A stretch of DNA of 64,000 bases from Lama glama (Eukaryota): the NCBI GenBank assembly GCA_028534125.1, contig CM052818.1, positions 33,544,001-33,608,000 of the forward strand. Direction: 5' to 3'. Below the pieces are notes generated by a model that ran no database searches, was not told where the DNA came from, and saw only the letters and a list, made by a program, of their open reading frames with translations. This document shows positions 62,746-64,000 of the stretch, piece by piece (within the stretch, counting starts at the first letter, position 1; each line of letters begins with the position of its first letter). Made by a program: the position numbers and the translations under genes.

Positions 62746-63919
62746 GCAATGTAAATTATGATTACGAGGGACATAGGGCCTAACTGTACTTAGTCTTTCC
62801 TTCTTGTGCCGTTCACAAGATATGTACAGTTTTGAAGTATGGGTTTAGTAAGACAAAATTCTTTGCAATTTACAATGGAAGTGCTCATTATCAAGCTAGT
62901 TTGAGTGATATTTTGCAATTTTCCTTTTGTCAAGGACTTGACACACCTTCTCTTCTTTCCCTCTCACAGAATTTTTTTTTAATTAAAAGATTAAGAGTTA
63001 TTGTGTCTGGGGCATCCAGATCCCTGGAAGATGGGAAGTAGCCCTGAGTCTCATTTATATTTGATAGACAAGGACTTCAGTAGAAATGGCCTTCCCAAGG
63101 GCATATTTTGAGGCTTTGGCAATACAGAGGAAACGTCCAGATCTTCTAAAGCTCTCTCCTCCTTCTGACTGGATCCATTTCCTCCTGGAAGAGCTCGTGG
63201 GAAGCATGGTCTGGTGGGAGCAGATTCTCAGAACAACTATTTTACTTCTGGATGACCCCACAGTGTGTGCGTGGGTGTGGGTGTGGTATATATACTTGTG
63301 CGTGTACACATTCCTAGCCAGCAAGGATATTGTCTTCAGCTGCAGGTTAAAGAGCACCACGAGTAAATGGATGTGGGTAAACCCTAACACAAACTATCAA
63401 TCACTGGCTCTGATGAGCAGAGAGTGGACCCCATTTAAGTTATAAGGAGAGAAAAGGAAGCTGAAACTCTGCGAAGAGCAGGACCTTGCTGCTGCAGCCT
63501 GGTTGGCCCGGCTAACCAAACTTTGCTTAGTCTTCGAAGAACACAGGTTTGTGTCTGTCTGTTGCATCAGCTGCTACCCATCTGCCCTTCCCTGCCCCAC
63601 CCTGGAAAGTGGTAAGGAGAGCTACGTAACAGCCTGTGAGGCAACCACTCAGGGGGAAAGTCTGGGGGAGGCTGTCTCACTCCTTCCAGCCAGCCCCACC
63701 CAACAGGCACTCCTCAAATCTAAGTCCACAAAGAGAAAGTACTCATCTGGCCCAGAGTCCTCCCCACTGTCCTGACACCGACTGCATGCACTCCTCTTTA
63801 CCTCCACTTGGGCATTGTGTGGTGATGGATAGGGCCTCTGAGCCTTCTGTTTTGGCCAAGGTGGGCTCCAGAATCTCTGAATGTTAAGGCTAGGAGAACT
63901 CAGAGGGCATCTGAAACAA

Positions 63920-64000
63920 CACCCCCATTTTACAGGTGATAAAATTGAGGCCCAGCAAACAAAATGACTTGCCAAACTGCCCACAGCTAGATTGCATCAG
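63920..64000 (-). mobile_element. MIR core fragment
   Basis: cccccattttacaggtgataaaattgaggcccag..tgacttgcc. Confidence 0.7.

Overview
Mammalian genomic DNA, most likely from a camelid: it carries two tRNA-derived SINEs of the camelid (Vic-type) family and no recognisable ruminant, pig or primate SINEs. Two convergent spliced genes are present. The 3' part of RBKS (ribokinase) lies on +, as its last three coding exons (5883-5974, 10710-10898, 42952-43125) with a 32-kb last intron. The complete MRPL33 (mitochondrial ribosomal protein bL33m, 65 aa) lies on -, as four exons from ATG 53182 to TAA 45053 with a CpG-island promoter at about 52.7-53.3 kb. The rest is intronic or intergenic sequence rich in L1, L2, MIR, MaLR/ERVL LTRs and hAT MITEs. 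Almost all ORF-track entries are chance ORFs. I see no new protein-coding system. The best leads are regulatory or RNA-level hypotheses: inverted repeat pairs in the RBKS pre-mRNA, motif-dense candidate enhancers in the long intron, candidate cryptic or antisense exons, and an intron that splits the catalytic motif. Repeat family names and boundaries are by eye and approximate.
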